From positions 1,240,001 through 1,304,000 of the forward strand of contig CM030336.1 in assembly GCA_017654855.1 (NCBI GenBank): a stretch of DNA of 64,000 nucleotides, read 5' to 3'. The notes under the pieces were generated by a model. It was not told where the DNA came from, did no database searches, and saw only the letters and a program-made list of their open reading frames with translations. Both the position numbers and the translations under genes were made by a program. The number at the start of each line of letters is the position of its first letter. Positions within the stretch are counted from its first letter, which is position 1. Source of the stretch: Podospora anserina. Its lineage: Eukaryota. Shown here in pieces: positions 23,021-38,037 of the stretch.

Positions 23021-26000
23021 CTTGGCGGGAGGTTCGGATGGAGGGAGGGTGAGACGGCGGAGGTCCTTTGATGTTGGTGTTGTTGTTTATCTTATCCCGA
23101 AGGGACTCGGAGCTCCTGAGACGGAGGAAAGGGGCAATTAAGAGGGGGGCGGATCTCTGTAGGGAATCCAAAGAATGGGTGCTGGGACTGCCGAATGTCT
23201 TGTCAATTCAACTTCCGAAACTCGGAAAAGAGCTTGAGCCAACGTCATGGGCACACAAGAGGGCGGCCCAGGGGGCGTGAATGTTACGAGGCAGTCGGTA
23301 ACCCTCTCAGCTGACCAAATCCCGCCCCAACATTTCCCATCTGCAGGGGCTCAACCGGGAGAATTGCTGCATAAAATAGCTCACCGCTTGTTGTCTGGGC
23401 ACGAAAGCACGGGATTTGGCAGCCTTGGCTGGACGGTGAACCGTCATACCAGTCACAACAATACCACGGAACACGCCCACCGACACCCCCGCCCTGGATC
23501 ACTGAGATGAGCTGTCACGTCCGGAACCTCGATGGCTGTCTCGAAATCTCTTTTTCCCGGTGTTTGTTTTGTCGTGGAACCACCGACGTGGGGCCATATT
23601 AGCCAGCCTGACAAAGAGTTGCCGGCTAGCGGGATTCGAAGTATGGAAGCCTCAAGTAAATGGCCTGAGAATGATCAAGAGGTGCCGAAGAGCGCGGGCT
23701 GCCTCGGTGCGGCAGTGTACAGAGCATGCGGATGCAAATTGCAGCATCCCGGACCCTCTTTTGCCAAACTGACAGGGCGTTGGGCGGGTCCGATCAGCGC
23801 CCCCCACGCGTGCCCCAGGGCTTGTCCCAGACTTCCAGCGGCATCCCCCCCCCCGGCGTCCCGAACTTTCTCCAGTTGTCCACCCACCACCCCCCCCCCC
23901 CTCAAGCCCACGCGGGGGAACTGTGTCGCTAACTCGATCTGGAGCTCCATCGACAAATCTGACAACTGTTTTTGGACGGCTCTTTCAGACTTTTCAGACC
24001 AGATGACCTCGAAGCCGGCTGTCATCAGAATTCCAATTCAGGCGGGAATCCCGCTGTGCTCGGCGGACTCCATAATCTACCCTGTCCGTCCTCTTGCCCA
24101 AGGCCCAGCCTACCCGTTCCCAATCACCCAATACGCGCTCCTATCTCGGACGGAACATCGAAGCGGTTGCCATTCGTTGATGCCCAGTCACGCCAGTCAG
24201 ATGATTGTGGGAAAATGCAAGCTCGGCACCGCCACGGGCGTCCCCAAGCAGGAGACAAGGTCCACTAGGCCCAAAGCAGCAGGCGCAAGGAATCTTGGCC
24301 AGAGATTCCATGGAATTCCTGAGATCCTCGAATAGATTGGGCCCCCGCAGCGGACGCCTTGGATATTAATTGATTGTGATGGATATACGCGGCAGAATCG
24401 ACCCAACATAAACCCGGGTTTCGAGTCCAGTAGCGTGACATCACATGCGAGCGTCAGGTCCACCGAAATGTCAAGCGAGACGGCAGTCACGGCAAGTGTT
24501 TTCTTGATCTTGCCCGTCCGGTGAGGACGGTGAGCGTTCGGGCAAAATTCAAGACAAAAGGGGCACAAAAGGGGCGTCTGAGGGCGCAAAAAGCTCGGAA
24601 AAGTGTCAACAACAGCCTTCCCAGGCACTTCTTGGCCTCAACGTCCAAATAAGAACCACACTATCAAATCTAAAAGTAGGGATGGGTCCTACAGGGCCCC
24701 GAATCGGGATCTCCCGGCTGCAGATCCGACGACTTGGGAACTCGGGAGCAAACGGCTCGCTAATCTCCCCCGCAAAGTCAAGCTCTTGGCGTCTGGAGGT
24801 TACAACCGGGACCTTGCAGCCTGTATGGCTGTGTAGGATGTTTTGGTTGGTGTTGAGATGGTGGAGGGTGAGCTGGGATGGCGTTGTAGGCCTATCGCAA
24901 CGAAGACCACCAAGTTGCGACGATCACGGACGGGTCTTCCTCCCGGCGAGCGGACGCTGAATAGTCGAGGGAAAAGGCGGCGACTCCATTGGCTGGCCAT
25001 CTCTTGTCTCACCCGACCCTTTTTCCGGCATGGGCTTGGCAATATCGATCGAGAATTCCAATGAAAATGTCAGGAATGCTGTACGCGTGCCTGCAAGAGT
25101 TACATCGGAATTGTTTTGGTTTGAAAATTGATGGCGGAAGATACTCACCCATTCATCTGTCTTGTGGCCCCGTTGAGCCCCAGACTCGCTCCTTGTCTAA
25201 TGACCCCTCGGAGGAAGCTGTGAGACATTGGACGCCCCCATCGAAACAGCTCCATGGGATGGCATGGAACACAAAAGATATTAGGTATCGACCCACCTCG
25301 AACATGACACAAGATCTGTGGGAACGCGCACAAGTTCTGACAAGGGGAGATTAAAAGGCGCCCAATGCTGAGCCCAAATGTTCTGGCCTTTGCGTCACGG
25401 GGCCACTGTTGTGAAAACATTGATACTTTGCGAATAGGCCCAACTGCTACCACCGGCTCCGATCTCGGAGTCTAGCAAGCTTCCTTGCACTTTCCATGCA
25501 GACTATCATGCAGAAGGGCCGCATGCGAGATCCAAGCTGTCAAACATCGTGATGGAAGCCGAAACCGGGAGCTCGGGGGATAATTCACCCGGCAAAGGCA
25601 CTGATTTGGCGTAAGCCATATCAACCAGCTTCGGGTTCAGGTGGCTGGTATCTCGCATTTTGGGCGCAGCACGGCAGGCTAAGAGATGAGCACACCATCA
25701 CCGAGACCGCTCTATCAAATCAGAGATTATCTAAACTAATCGTGGACATGAGATCCGTTATCATAGGTGGAGATGAAGATGCACACCGACACCTTTGTTG
25801 GGACCAACAACACCGCTCTTTGTGATGGGAACCAGCCACCGTGGCGCCGTCGGCCGAGTCATCCAGCCACCCCCTGTACCCTGGAGCACATGATTTACTG
25901 CCTTTGGCAACCTTCAACACCATTCAGCATTGCGATGCAATATTGTCCTTATACTGAAAGTCTTCTCTCCACTCATCAACTAATTCTCACGAAATCCAGG

Positions 26001-29000
26001 TACCTTGGATATTGAAGCGAAAGCCTTGGATATATATCATGGGAAGCTCACTGGCACCTGGAATTTGGGTTCTCAACTAACGGTGAACGAGGCCGTTTCT
26101 TGAGTTAAGCAGAGCCTTGAAGGCAGACCCAAAACTTAGAGCACGATTAGAAAGCAACAAGGTTTAAGCCATAGTTAACGAGCGAACCTTGAAGCCCATT
26201 CCACTGGTGTATCCAGCTAAGGTACTAAAGAGATTAAAACTTAACCCCCATACACTGTTGAACAATGTGCATTTCTTCGCTCCGATATTGAGTATGAGCT
26301 ATTGCTATCACTCGGGCGTGCGAGGTTTTAACAGACTCGAGGACAACTTAACCACCGTACTACCTAGGAACTAACCCCGGGTCCGAACTACATCCCGGAG
26401 AGATGCCCTAGTGCCAACCTTGGGATGGGGGAATGGAGAGTCTAATCCTACCTCACAGACGATACAGCTAAGGTAGGTATATTGGGTCCAGGGAGGACGT
26501 AGAAATCAGGTATATGCCGTACCTACTGACTCAATAAATGCATCAAAGTCCTTCAAGCAACAGGCACAGAAAAGTATCCTGAACATTTACCGCGCATCGT
26601 ATCTAGATCAAACATAACGTCAAGTAGCACTTACGTTATCGACTTGGCGGTTGAAGTATTTGCTATTATGTAGATATCCTTAGCACTCTTTGTGCAAGCC
26701 CCAGCGGGAGAATACGTGTTGAGAGCTTTCTATCTAATTATTTTTATCGACTTGATAGGTACGCAATATTCTCCCGCAAGCCAAATAGAGCTGCTCAACA
26801 GGATGTAGTCCAAACAAGACAAGACAAGCTGGCCGCCTCACTCCTCAGCTAAAACTGTTAGTTTGGTCTTTTTCTCAGGCATGATGTTCTCTCCCATTCG
26901 TGACTTTTTTGGATCTCGTGTCGGTGTGCTGCAAGGTCTCCAGCAAGACAAAACAGGATTGCTGGGCTAGACTTAAAAGTGTTGGCCTCGCCTGGTTGGG
27001 CTGATGGGTCTAGATATGTGATCGGTTACGAGCAATGGAAAGCTTACCGAGGGGCTGGTAGGTATGAAAGTCTTTTTTTGATGTAAGGCGGTGGGATCCT
27101 CGACTTGGGATAAATCAAAATCAGAAAGACATCTAAAGGGGCTGTCAGTTTTCGGCATCAGACTTCGGGCAGATGGTCCACATCCGCCTCTTCAGAACTC
27201 TTGCCCAGGGCATGTGTAGGAATACCTACTTACCTACCTAGCTTTGAGGTTCTGTCGGGAGGTCAAAATCATGTTATCGATTACGTGGCTCCTTGTAAAT
27301 CGAACTCGGTTCTGTTCCTGTGTACATAGGATGTGATTCAAGGGGCTCGGTAGGTCTGAGTGATGCAACTACCTATGGAACTTGCATTGACTGGAAAAGA
27401 ATAACAGTTCCTTTTAAGTGGGAGCGGACACCTGTATGAACACGTAGGAGAGCGACTCAGTGACGGGATTATCAAGCCGATTACGCCTCCCTCTGGGTCT
27501 TTTGATTCATTTCCTATAGGAAAGCTCCAATGCACCTGTTCTGATCTTGTCATTGCTGTTCTGTTCCTGATTTATGACGACAACTTGTGAAGCGATATAG
27601 GCATACTTAAGAATTGTTTAGATGAGACTGCGGATTGTTTTGTTGGCTGGATGAGCTGTTACCATGGAGGGCACGGCGGGTGGTCAGATATCATCATATT
27701 GTGAGACTCTTGACGTCGAAGCCTGGGTATAGACTAAAGCTCATCTGGACGCAATGTGGAATGGTTTACTGGAAGGATAGTCTCCAGCAAAGACTTCCGC
27801 AGCGAGTCATAAGAATGATGCTCTCTGAGAGTTTGTCATAACGAATGTCTGCGATCGGTATCTCGGCATGTGGTGCGCTGTTGTGTTGAATGACAAATGA
27901 TAGTTGTCCCTATCTACCGAAACAGGCCGGGAACACTTCTCACAACCAAGAGCTTGATCTTGAATCTGCCCCTGGATTGTGTCAAGTATAGCGGAATCAT
28001 CAGCAATTTCTCAGAGGCTGTGCGCGTCCACATGTTGATCTACTTTCAGCTTCTCCTAGCCTCAGAGCGCATGAGATGATCATTTTCTTCCCTCTTAGTG
28101 TAGTGTCCAAATCGTGGCCGTCTGCCCTATCGTCACTTGGTCGGGGTCCGAATGCAAGTTAATGACGGCTAGGCTCGCAACATCCCTGTCTCACCGGTCT
28201 GATGTGGAAGTCTTGGTCTTCGGATGAGGTTTGAAATCGAGTCTGTGCATGCGAAATGCCTAGAAGTTCCCCTCTTCTTGGCTTGCTTGATGTGTTGATG
28301 ATGGATATACCCTGTTGAGGAAACCCAACGGTTTGGTAGAGAAGTTTGTACCAAGGAGCTAGACAAATTCACTGGCAACAGTGGACAGTGCTTTGACTTG
28401 ACCTGGGAAGTAGAGACTGAATTTGGTGATGTTGGTCGCTTTATGACAATGTCCTAAGAGTACGGCACCCTGATCTGTCTGCCAACACCTCAGCTTCGCG
28501 ATCATCTCGACCTCATTTCAAGAGTCAAAACTCATGAGGTAAACCAAACTCGAGTTGAAGGAGACGATGACCTTTTGAAGCTGAATCTCCGAACTTTTAC
28601 AACATCGGCTAGTGCTAGCGCTGGGGTGAAGCACGGACTGGCTGTCGCATGGCGTTGCCAGGAGTCTGTGAGCCCTGCCGACACCCCCGTGATAGTGTGC
28701 TCTGTATTACAAATCAACAACTGGAGGAGGACGTTATAACGGAAATGGTCTAGAATCGGGTTGCAACAGCAGCCCGAGAAAGCCATGGCAATGATGCGAC
28801 GCTAAGATCGTGGATGCCAATGTCGGCCGGAGCTTGTCACGCAGGAACGACAAGCTGGGCTCAAGGAGCAAGCTTTTCTGGTGGTCGCTCATTGCTACTC
28901 TGCGGGGCATATGAAGGCACACCGGTCAGGGAGATAGGTGAGGGTGCTGTATGCATAAAAGCTGTGTTATGACTGTCAAGTTTGGGCGGGATCATTTCCA

Positions 29001-31750
29001 CGACGGCGCAGGAGCCCGATTTGGAGCAGGTCGAGATGGTGCATGGCTCAGGGCGGCTTGTCGGGATGTTTTAGGAAATTCTTCAGTCTGTCGTGCATCT
29101 CCTGCTGCTCGGTGCATATATCACATACAACAGATACTGGCATTTGCGTTAGCTCTGCATCTGAAATCGAAACAGCCCAACAGTCCAACAGTCCAAGTGA
29201 TGAAGTGATGAATCTGTTAAAGAAGGGGAACGCTGAGAGCGAGCGGGGTAGATCAAGTGGAGAAAGGCGGAGGCAGTGGAGAAGATCCCCCCGGGTTTGG
29301 TAATTGCGGGTCCTGTCACTGGGTTTCTCCGTTACATCGTCTCTGGACTATGCCATCCGTGCACCGCTTGGCAATGCTTGGGTACCGCCGACGCGATCTC
29401 TGCAACCCCAATTTGCAACTTTGGACCTCAACCATTCATTCATCAATCACAATGCGAGTCGATTTGACAGCAGTTTGAGGGACTCCAGAATGCCTCCGAT
29501 AATCGCGCACATTAGTGTACATTGCGCCGCCTCCCGAGCAGCCCGTCGGCGTCCAGAGTGGCAGAGGCCCGGTCGCAATGGGCAACGGTGCTGCTGCTGA
29601 AGAACACACAGAGAACAAAGTCCCTGCCTGAGGTGGTGAATCGGGCGGAAAGCCCGTTCGGGGCACAGCTTCTATGCATCCACCAAGCATATCATCAATA
29701 CCGGATTACCACGCAGCATGTGGACCAGCTTGTCCAATACTCTTTGCAGCTGCCCCTCTGCGAGCAGCACAAGTCAGCCACCTCACACCCAATTTATCCC
29801 TCATGCCTCCGGTGCATGTCAGCTCTGTCACGATGAATCCGAGCAACAATCACGACTGCTGTCCGGTGGTGCTCTGGGCAGACGGCAGAGTCTCGACTAT
29901 CGATGCTCGCCGTCACAAAAGGGTCTCGATCAAGAGATGTCACTTGCAGACGGTTGGCGCCGCACTGACGCAATATTCACACAGGTTTGACAGTGAAGGA
30001 TGGCGGTGAGACAGCCTGGGGGAGCGAGCCGATTCCCACATGGCACACCACACACCCCAACGTCGCACACCGGCCAACAAGTGAGCAACGCGGGATGCTA
30101 CAGCGATGCTGACTGGGATCCAGACGTTCGTTTGGTCTGTGCGCCGACCGTGCGAGTCCAATGGTCTTGTTTCGAGAACCAGACATCAACCGAGTCCGGG
30201 ATGCGAGATAGCTCCCAGTTCGAATCCAATGGTTGATGCATATATCCGATTCCTACCCATTCAAATCTCTCACCTTCAGCTCGCCACAGCATCCTCAAGC
30301 CTATCAAGCCCCTATCAAGCCCGTCATCAACACTGGCAATCAGGTGCCTGACGTGGAAGTCTCTTGGGCCTCTCACACGCGCCGAAATATCGCTGCCTTG
30401 CCACGAGGTATGCGGGTGCTGACTACGATCTGAAGAAGCTCACCAGGAAAAAGAAAGCAAGCCGGCAGTGTGAGGGCTCAAGATGGGCAGCGCAGAAGCT
30501 AGACTCCAGAACAGGTAAGGCTCGATGCAGCTAGCAACCTCAAAAGACCTTTTTGCGGGAAGAGGAGGGGCACGACGGTGAGCTATCACCAACTTGGACA
30601 AGTCGCTTCATCTCGTCTCCAACCCCCCATCACAGGGGGTATCCAATGACCGACGTGGTTTCGGGCTATTTTCTGGGGAATCCTGGAGCATAACGGCCGT
30701 CCAGATAATTACACCCACAAACACAAGACTGTCGAGACCAGCCGGTGGAGTTTATGCCAGATCTTGGAGCAACATGCGGAGCACCAGGTCCGATATCTTC
30801 AACTTCAGGCCCGACCCAGCCGCATGTCGTCGTCCCTCCATCTCTTGATATCGCAAACCCGATGCCCGCGTTTGGTGCGGTCCCCAAGCTGCGAGCCTGT
30901 CTGCCTAGCAAGAAAGAATCATGGCGAGGAGCAACGCCCGCAATGGCTGCTTACTCGCGCCACTGCTCATAAGGCAGGCCAGGTTCGAAGGAGTTGTAGG
31001 AGGGGAAGCATCCGTTGCACATATCGGCTTCGGCACAGACCAGAACATCAGACGACTTTTGTGAACTCTAGCCTGCGGGTAGACACACCAAAACCGGGAT
31101 ACAGGAGACTCGGCGTCGCATCAGAGAACCGTGTGGCGTCTTTAGCTGCACAAGCGGTCTTGTGGTTAACCAGGAATGGACCTTGGGGAAAAGCTGCTTC
31201 TGTCCTCCACACCCCCCTCATTGTGTGGCCAAGGGCCTCGGACGATATGAAGGTCGACCGCGGGGCTTTTGGCAGCAGCAAAATTCGAGGGGCACGACTG
31301 CAAATGCTCGATAGCGCTGCAGAAGAAGAGTCCGCGCTCATCTTCAACGGGGCCAATGACAAACCCCTGCGCTAACCAAGTCCCCCGAATCGGTTCCTGG
31401 TTGCTGGTGCTCAACATCCCGGTCTGGCTCAGTAGCACGGAGGCACAGTGGAATGGTTGTTCCTCAGCCCCCGAGTCTCTCATAAGCGTCATCTTGACCA
31501 GTCGTGGTGGGCACCATTTCTTCTGTCAACTCTATTTTCACTCCCTCCACACTCTTTCTTCCTTACTGCAGCCCGCCTGCCGTCGCCTGGCCTCGTGCGG
31601 CCCACCAGGACCTTGAGCCCTTTCCCACGTCAACAAGTAGGTCCCTCAAGTGCCGGACACTGCGGATACATATGCGGGATCCCGCCCCGCCGTCGTGACC
31701 CTGAGTGTGGGTGTCATTGCTGAGTTCCATTCACGATCGCCTGGCCCGGG

Positions 31751-33394
31751 ATGCCAGAAGCAACAGCCATCATGAGTACCATGCGTGGCCTCACCGAGGC
31801 CGAGGCGAACCACATCATTGCCATCGAGCAAGGTTGCTCGGCCATCTCACTGTTGGGGTGTCTTTTCGTCCTCGTCACCTTCTCCGTCTCTGATGCCTTC
31901 CGCCAACGCGCCGTCAACCGCATGGTCTTCTACGCTACCTTTGGCAACATGTTGACGAATGTCGCCACCCTCATGACGAGAACATATGTCGGCGACGAGA
32001 ACTCGTTTGGATGTCAGCTCCAAGGCTTCTTGATTCAAGTGTGAGCTCTACCCATGTTGTTAGTGGTTCCGTACACTGTTTAAGCTGACGAGATCCCTCT
32101 CGCAGATTTATGCAAGGCGATGCGTACTGGGCTTTGGCCATGGCCATTAATGTGTGGCTCACATTCTACCACAAATATGACCAAAGAATGTTGAGAAGGA
32201 TGGAGATCGCCTACTTTGTCTGTTGCTACGGTGTGCCATTCATTCCGGGATTCACATTCATCTTTGCCTCAAACCAAAACGGGAGGCCATACGGCAATGC
32301 CGTCTTATGGTGCTGGCTGAGGCCCGAATGGGAGATCTACAGAATTGCGCTGTTTTACGGGCCTGTGTGGTATGTAAGCTGCCATGGTGCCTTTTAGGCG
32401 AGTGCTGACAGGATTTAGGCTTTCCATCGTCGTCACAATGTTTATTTACTTGCGGGCTGGGCGCGAAATCTACCAGAAGCGACGAAAGATGCTCAACTTC
32501 AGCTCCTCCAATGGCACTGGCACAGTGGTAGGAAGCGAGCCGTTCTCACCTGTTGCAAACGAGTTCTCCACCGCCTTCAACTTCAAGACCACGGAGGTCA
32601 CCCAAACCACCGAGATTATTCAGCCACCTGCCCCCCTCGCAGCCGCTCACTCAAGAACAAAGCCACCAGGTGCCCCTGCCGGGGCTCAGGTCAAAGACCC
32701 CAACTTCTCTTACTCTGTCAACATTTCCGCCGATCCCTCTGCCAACACACGTGTCTCCCTCGACGACGATGACCTCGAAGCCGCCGAAAGCCCAACCACA
32801 TTGACGTCAACGATGAGCAGCACCCAAAAGGCCAAGCATGCCCGTGTGATGAGCAGCGGTGGTTTCCAGTCCACACAGATCTCCACCGGCAACTCCCCCA
32901 ACCTTCACGCCCGCCGGCGCAACATGGAGAATAACAACGCGACCTGGTCATACGCCAAGTGCTCCATTCTCTTCTTCAGCGTCCTCCTCATCACATGGAT
33001 CCCTTCCTCCGGAAATCGTGTCTACAGCATGGTCCACCGCGGCGAGGTCTCCAAGCCGCTCTTCTTTGCCTCGGCTTTTGTGCTACCACTTCAGGGATTT
33101 TGGAACGCCATCATTTACATGGTCACATCGTGGGCGGCGTGCAAGTCACTCTGGGCTGCCATTATGCTCAGCCTCCCCGGCTGCTGCTCTGGGAGGAGCA
33201 GACGGATGAGCGTGGTCGAGATCACCGACGGCAAGCCGCATCATCATACGCTTCGACGGGATCAGGGGTATTCCGGGCGGCAGTCGACAGTTGGGAAGTG
33301 GGTTGGGAGCAAGAGCCTGCAGGAGGAGAGCACGAGCATGGAGGATTTGACGAGGGAGGGGAGGTCACATGCTGAGCGGACGTCGCCTGTGTAA
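31751..33394 (+). CDS. cAMP-receptor-like (CRL) G-protein-coupled receptor, 3 exons
   Basis: Seven hydrophobic helices; NRMVFYA, CQLQGFLIQ|FMQGDAYWALAMAINV, YGNAVLWCW, LITWIPSSGNR, LPLQGFWNAIIY. Introns about 32039-32105 and 32370-32419. Confidence 0.9.
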
Positions 33395-33575
33395 TATTAT
33401 TTTTTGTATTTTCTTTTTTGTTTCTTTAGGGATGTTTTTTGGATGATGGAATGGAGGACTTTTGATGAGAGATACCCCCGCCACCGCCACTGAGGGATAG
33501 GGGTGGGATTACTACGTACAACAAATTTTCTTTTCTTGTTTTTGGATACCCCCTTTTGTTTTGGATGAAAAGAGA

Positions 33576-33599
33576 TGTGTGTGTGTGTGTGTGTGTGTG
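33576..33599. repeat. (TG)n microsatellite
   Basis: About 12 TG units downstream of the GPCR. Confidence 0.9.
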
Positions 33600-35224
33600 G
33601 TGTGTTTTGGTGCTATTGATATCAGTTGGGTGGATTATGGGGAATTGGCGGCCGCGGATATTATGATGATATGATCATGATGGTCTCTCTCATGAAAGCA
33701 TTCAATATCATTGATGAGTAACAATCCATTGAATTGTGAAAGTTTGTTTTGCTGTCACTCGCCGTCTGACTACTTTTCACCAAAAGCCACGTCACCCAAT
33801 CGAGTGCATGTCTTTACGAACAGGCTCTTCTGGAGCCTTTTCCGGACGTGCAGCCAGCTGTCATCAAGCCTCGACTTCCAAATGGGGATGAGCCCAGCGT
33901 CCGATTTCGGTGTCAGATGGCAGTTTGGGAGATTGGGGACACATGGATGTTGGATCATTTGGCCTTGTGGGGTGGGGTTGATAATATGTAAGAAGCAGAG
34001 TTTTTATTTTGTTGGCCCGCATAGGTAAGTAACGTAAGCATCTGCCACTTTGTACGTAAAATATTTTCGACTGTGAGGCCGTGATTGACGGATAGGTACG
34101 AAAAGTTTATTGGACCTTTGCAGGCACCTGAATTAAGTCCCTGTTAGTTTGAGATTGGTGGTGAGGTAGGTGTTGGTCATGGAGGGGGCTGAGCCGCTTT
34201 GCTGAGCCTCTTGAGTTGAGGCCGGGAAGTTGGGATGGGGGCGTGTAACGCTGCCATGTTGTTTGGTGCCGTTTTTGTGCAGGGACTATACCAGGGGTTT
34301 GGAGATGGGGAGGTGGGTGTTGAGTGAGGTTTGGAGTGGTCTTGACACTGGCCCCAGCCAGTTCAAGTTTGGTACCGGGTGGGTTATGGCAGGAGTGGTG
34401 TTGAGCGTTGAGTTTACGGGTTTAGGTTTGGGCCAACGAAGTTTATTATGAGGCTTCTTGTTCATGAGGTGTCTGGGTGGGGTTCTTTGGCAACGGTTAG
34501 AACCATTGAGGCTTGTTTTACATTACGGATGCCGATTTCGGCCTTCAATTTCTTCTTCTTAATACTTTTCCATCATAACGTGGGTGCTGCGCAGGAAATG
34601 CATCTTGGAGGACTGAACTCTGACTTTTGTTGTCATATCTAGGTAGAGTTTCGTGCAAGCCGTCAGTCGCTCAGTTTTGCGGCTTCTGGTTAGCTAACGG
34701 TTAGTTAGGTAGGTAGGTAACGACATTGGGCTTCATGAACGCTGAAAAGTGCCACGCAGTAATCCTGCTCTGATCGGTAGATGGGCTCAAGCCAGTCAGA
34801 TCCAATAGGTCCGTTGTCGCATCATGGTGGGCGAGTGAGACATACACTCGTTTTTGGCCCCCAGCTGTTTGGTGTCTCACAAGTGGAGGCGCAGCCGCAT
34901 GGAGGTACAGTCAGCAGATCAAGCTTCCCAGCGGAGTGTGCTGACGACGTAGGACAAAGTGGAAAAAGGATCTGGGGAGGAGAAGGGATGGTTACAACCC
35001 GTTTTCGGGTAGATTCCATCTGGGATGGGACGGTCGGGGTGGCCTACGGCGCTTGTTGGGTCACCGAGGTTGTTGGTTTACATCTGGGGAGCTGCTGGGT
35101 TCTAGTGTTCTAGCGGCATAGAGAGGCACCAGTGTTCCTGAAGGGAGGAGAGGACGGAATGCCTCTCCTATATAATTAAATATTCCTGCAATGCCCCATC
35201 CCTCTCGTGCTGTTCCCACTGGGC

Positions 35225-37674
35225 TTAGGTGCAAGCTGTTCGCTCGAGGGCACCCGTGGGACCCATAGCAACAAGGCCAGCCAACCGCCACTGTGTCTTC
35301 TTCATGTCACTCAGCTTTCGCAAGACCAAGTGATGGTAAAATCCTGGAACAAAGACGAGTTGATCACCTGGAACGGCCTCGCCCGCTTTCAGAACGCCCA
35401 TCTCACCAGCTCTAGCGTCGAAGCTATAAACCAGTGTGGTATCATGGCCGCGGTTCTCCATCGAGAACATCGCTCTCCGAAACATGACCCGCAGCGATTC
35501 CAGGTGATTAATCGCGTAGTGTATACTTGGGAAGCTCAATGCTAAGACGAAGGCGAACCATACCATACGCACCCTTCCGTCGCCAGTGCCCATGCCGGAG
35601 TTCCCGCCAGACGGCCTTGAAGAAAAGACGCCATACCAGACACATCGGGTAATTCCGGTCCCAATCAGTCAGTCTCACAGTCCTGATCTGATGTTCGATT
35701 GTGCCTTCAGGGCTGCCAGCCGCAAACCATCGCTTCATGAGTGCGATGGTAGCGGTCCGCCTCGTGGCTAACACGTTTCTGAAAAACAGCAGCAGAAATG
35801 ACAAGTCTACCAACATTGTTATTTTGAATTCCATGGGAAGATACGGCCATATCTCAAATGCTCGCTGCAGCGGCTGGGTGTGATCGGGCGGTGAGGTGTT
35901 GATGATGCGCACAACGTTGATGGTTCCTCGGGTCCGTCCTTGTAGAGTAAGAGTTCTTGAATCTGTGCTGAAGTGGAACTTGTCAGGAGGTACGTAGTCC
36001 TGACTGATGGCAACTACATAGGCATCGTGATCGATAGGTCTGGTCCAAACCGGTGGCCAGGAGGGCGCTTGGAAATCCTGGTCAGCCATGCAGTTGGCAC
36101 AATCTAGAATTGACAATCTGCCGGTTCGAGTTCCCAGATACTGTGCCAGGTCCATGAAGAACTGAGCTTTATCGTGACTGTCTCTGGACGAGCGAGCGAT
36201 TGCCTCGTGAACTTCCTTTTGGTCCTTGATAACAAACTGCGGCCGAAAGATGGGCCAGTACTGGGCGATCCGGGTATACGACTGGTCCCAGATGAAAAGA
36301 AGAATATGGGGCCTTGTTAATCCACGCCGTAGTGCCACCAGCTGAAACCGAGTGTTATTGTGGCCCAATCTCAGTACGAAGTCCGCAGAGCTCTGTTCTT
36401 AGTTCCAACTATAGAGCCTCCCGCAATGCCGAGAACACCATACAGTCGATCTTGCACATCCCGGCACTTGAAGTGGCCACTGGTCCTCAGGAGGATATAC
36501 TGTAGTCTGAGTGTTAGCTTCTGCTTTCTGAACTGTTGCCTGCGCTCTTGGCCAGCGGCACGAGAGATGAGTTGAACAAGCCATAGTCTGATTAGAGAGC
36601 CTGTAGGCAACAGATCTTCCGGATAACGAAATAACTCTGTGGTTTCAACAAATGTCTGCATGGCTGCCGCGGAAGTGCGTTGAAGGTCAGTCATGTTATC
36701 GAACCGTTCAATCATCTTCAGCCTCATGGCGCAGTAAAGGTTATAATGACAAACACTTTTGCCGCATTGTAGCAGGACCCTCCCTGTAGCCAATGCCATC
36801 TCCTGTATAGCCCAAAGTCTTTCCCACCATCCTCTTTTGTCGATGTCAATCAGACCGGCAACAGCTTGTTCGGCGAATACCCTGTCCAAGTTAAATAGCC
36901 AGGAGTAGACAAAGCGCCAGCTGCTTAGTCCAGTACATACATAGAAGGCTTTCTCAATCTGGCGGCGTTGCGAACAGTAATCCGCTTCGCTGCAAGCGCT
37001 GTTCTCAGCAGTGATAACATGATACCCCCCAAGCCACACAACGACCCGCCAGGCATTGGCGTAGCTTGCCTGCATACGTTGATTCTGTATTCGCTTTTCC
37101 GCCTCGTCCTTTTGATTGATACACAACGCGTCGATCCAAAGTGTCCGGGAAGCCGTTCCCGATCGGAGATATCGAAGCGCCAGATCAAGGCTCGGTGGCA
37201 CTTGCAGGTCGTCAAAGTCAAAGTCTTCAACATCAGTCGCTCGAAAGCTGTAGGCCAACCTCCACGGTTTGTCCCGAGCATCTTATCGACAACGTCTGGT
37301 ATCTTTGAGACAAACCAGTGCCACCAAAAATGCAAGTTCAAGACCATCATGGCCATTTGTAGGTTGAGCCTGAACTCGATTGAGCGGATGTAGTACCAGA
37401 CGAAGATGATATAGAGGCGTGTTATAACCATGGACAGCCCCTTTCGTAAGCGAGCCCTTGCCAATCTGTTGTCCGGCGGGTTTGGGGGACGGCGAAGATG
37501 CAAGATGTGGATGGTCTTCAAGTTGCTATCATCGCCCCATTGGTATGACAGAGCTTCGTATGCAGTCTTGATGTCGGGTGGTCGTATTTCCAAGACGCAT
37601 CTAATTTCGTCGTCAAATTCTCCGGGAAGTAGATGGACGACGCGGAATTCTTCTCCACGCAGAGTTTGATACAT
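35225..37674 (-). pseudogene. Frameshifted HET-domain gene
   Basis: FRVVHLLPG...YEALSYQWG in one frame; LWIDALCINQ, WWERLWAIQE, DRLYGVLG in a second; PSWPPVW in a third. Frame changes near 37250, 36370 and 35550. Confidence 0.75.
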
Positions 37675-38037
37675 GGCAATCTGGTGACACGGTTTGTCGC
37701 TCGAGTCGGCGGGTCAAAGGTTCGAATCGAGGTGGTGGTTCGGCAACATCTTGTTCGAGGAAATGCAAAGTTCTGACGTTGAGGCTTAATAAGTCATTAA
37801 CGACACAGAAAAAACAACGAGGCTCGCTGCCCAGGAGCTACCCTCAGCTGTGGCGGTGGCAGAGCTCTCTTGGCGACTGCACGTTTCAGGGGACCGGACG
37901 CTGCAGGGAAGTGCTCAGTCCAGCCTTGCGGTCTGCCTGGCCCAAAGAATGATCAACCTTGACTCACACATAAATCCATGTCATTCGCCTGCGTTTGTTT
38001 AGGTACCTATTGCAGATGAGAGAGTTATATCGCCAAA

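Noticed and set aside
23532-24335. 267-aa ORF upstream of GH94
   Set aside because: Low-complexity, runs through poly-C tracts, no recognisable domain; probably promoter DNA.
26704-26777. 11-bp inverted repeat GCGGGAGAATA / TATTCTCCCGC
   Set aside because: Short, interior does not pair, no target duplication or second copy; could be chance.
37700-37745. tRNA T-loop-like GGTTCGAATC
   Set aside because: No flanking T-stem, acceptor stem or D-arm pairing.
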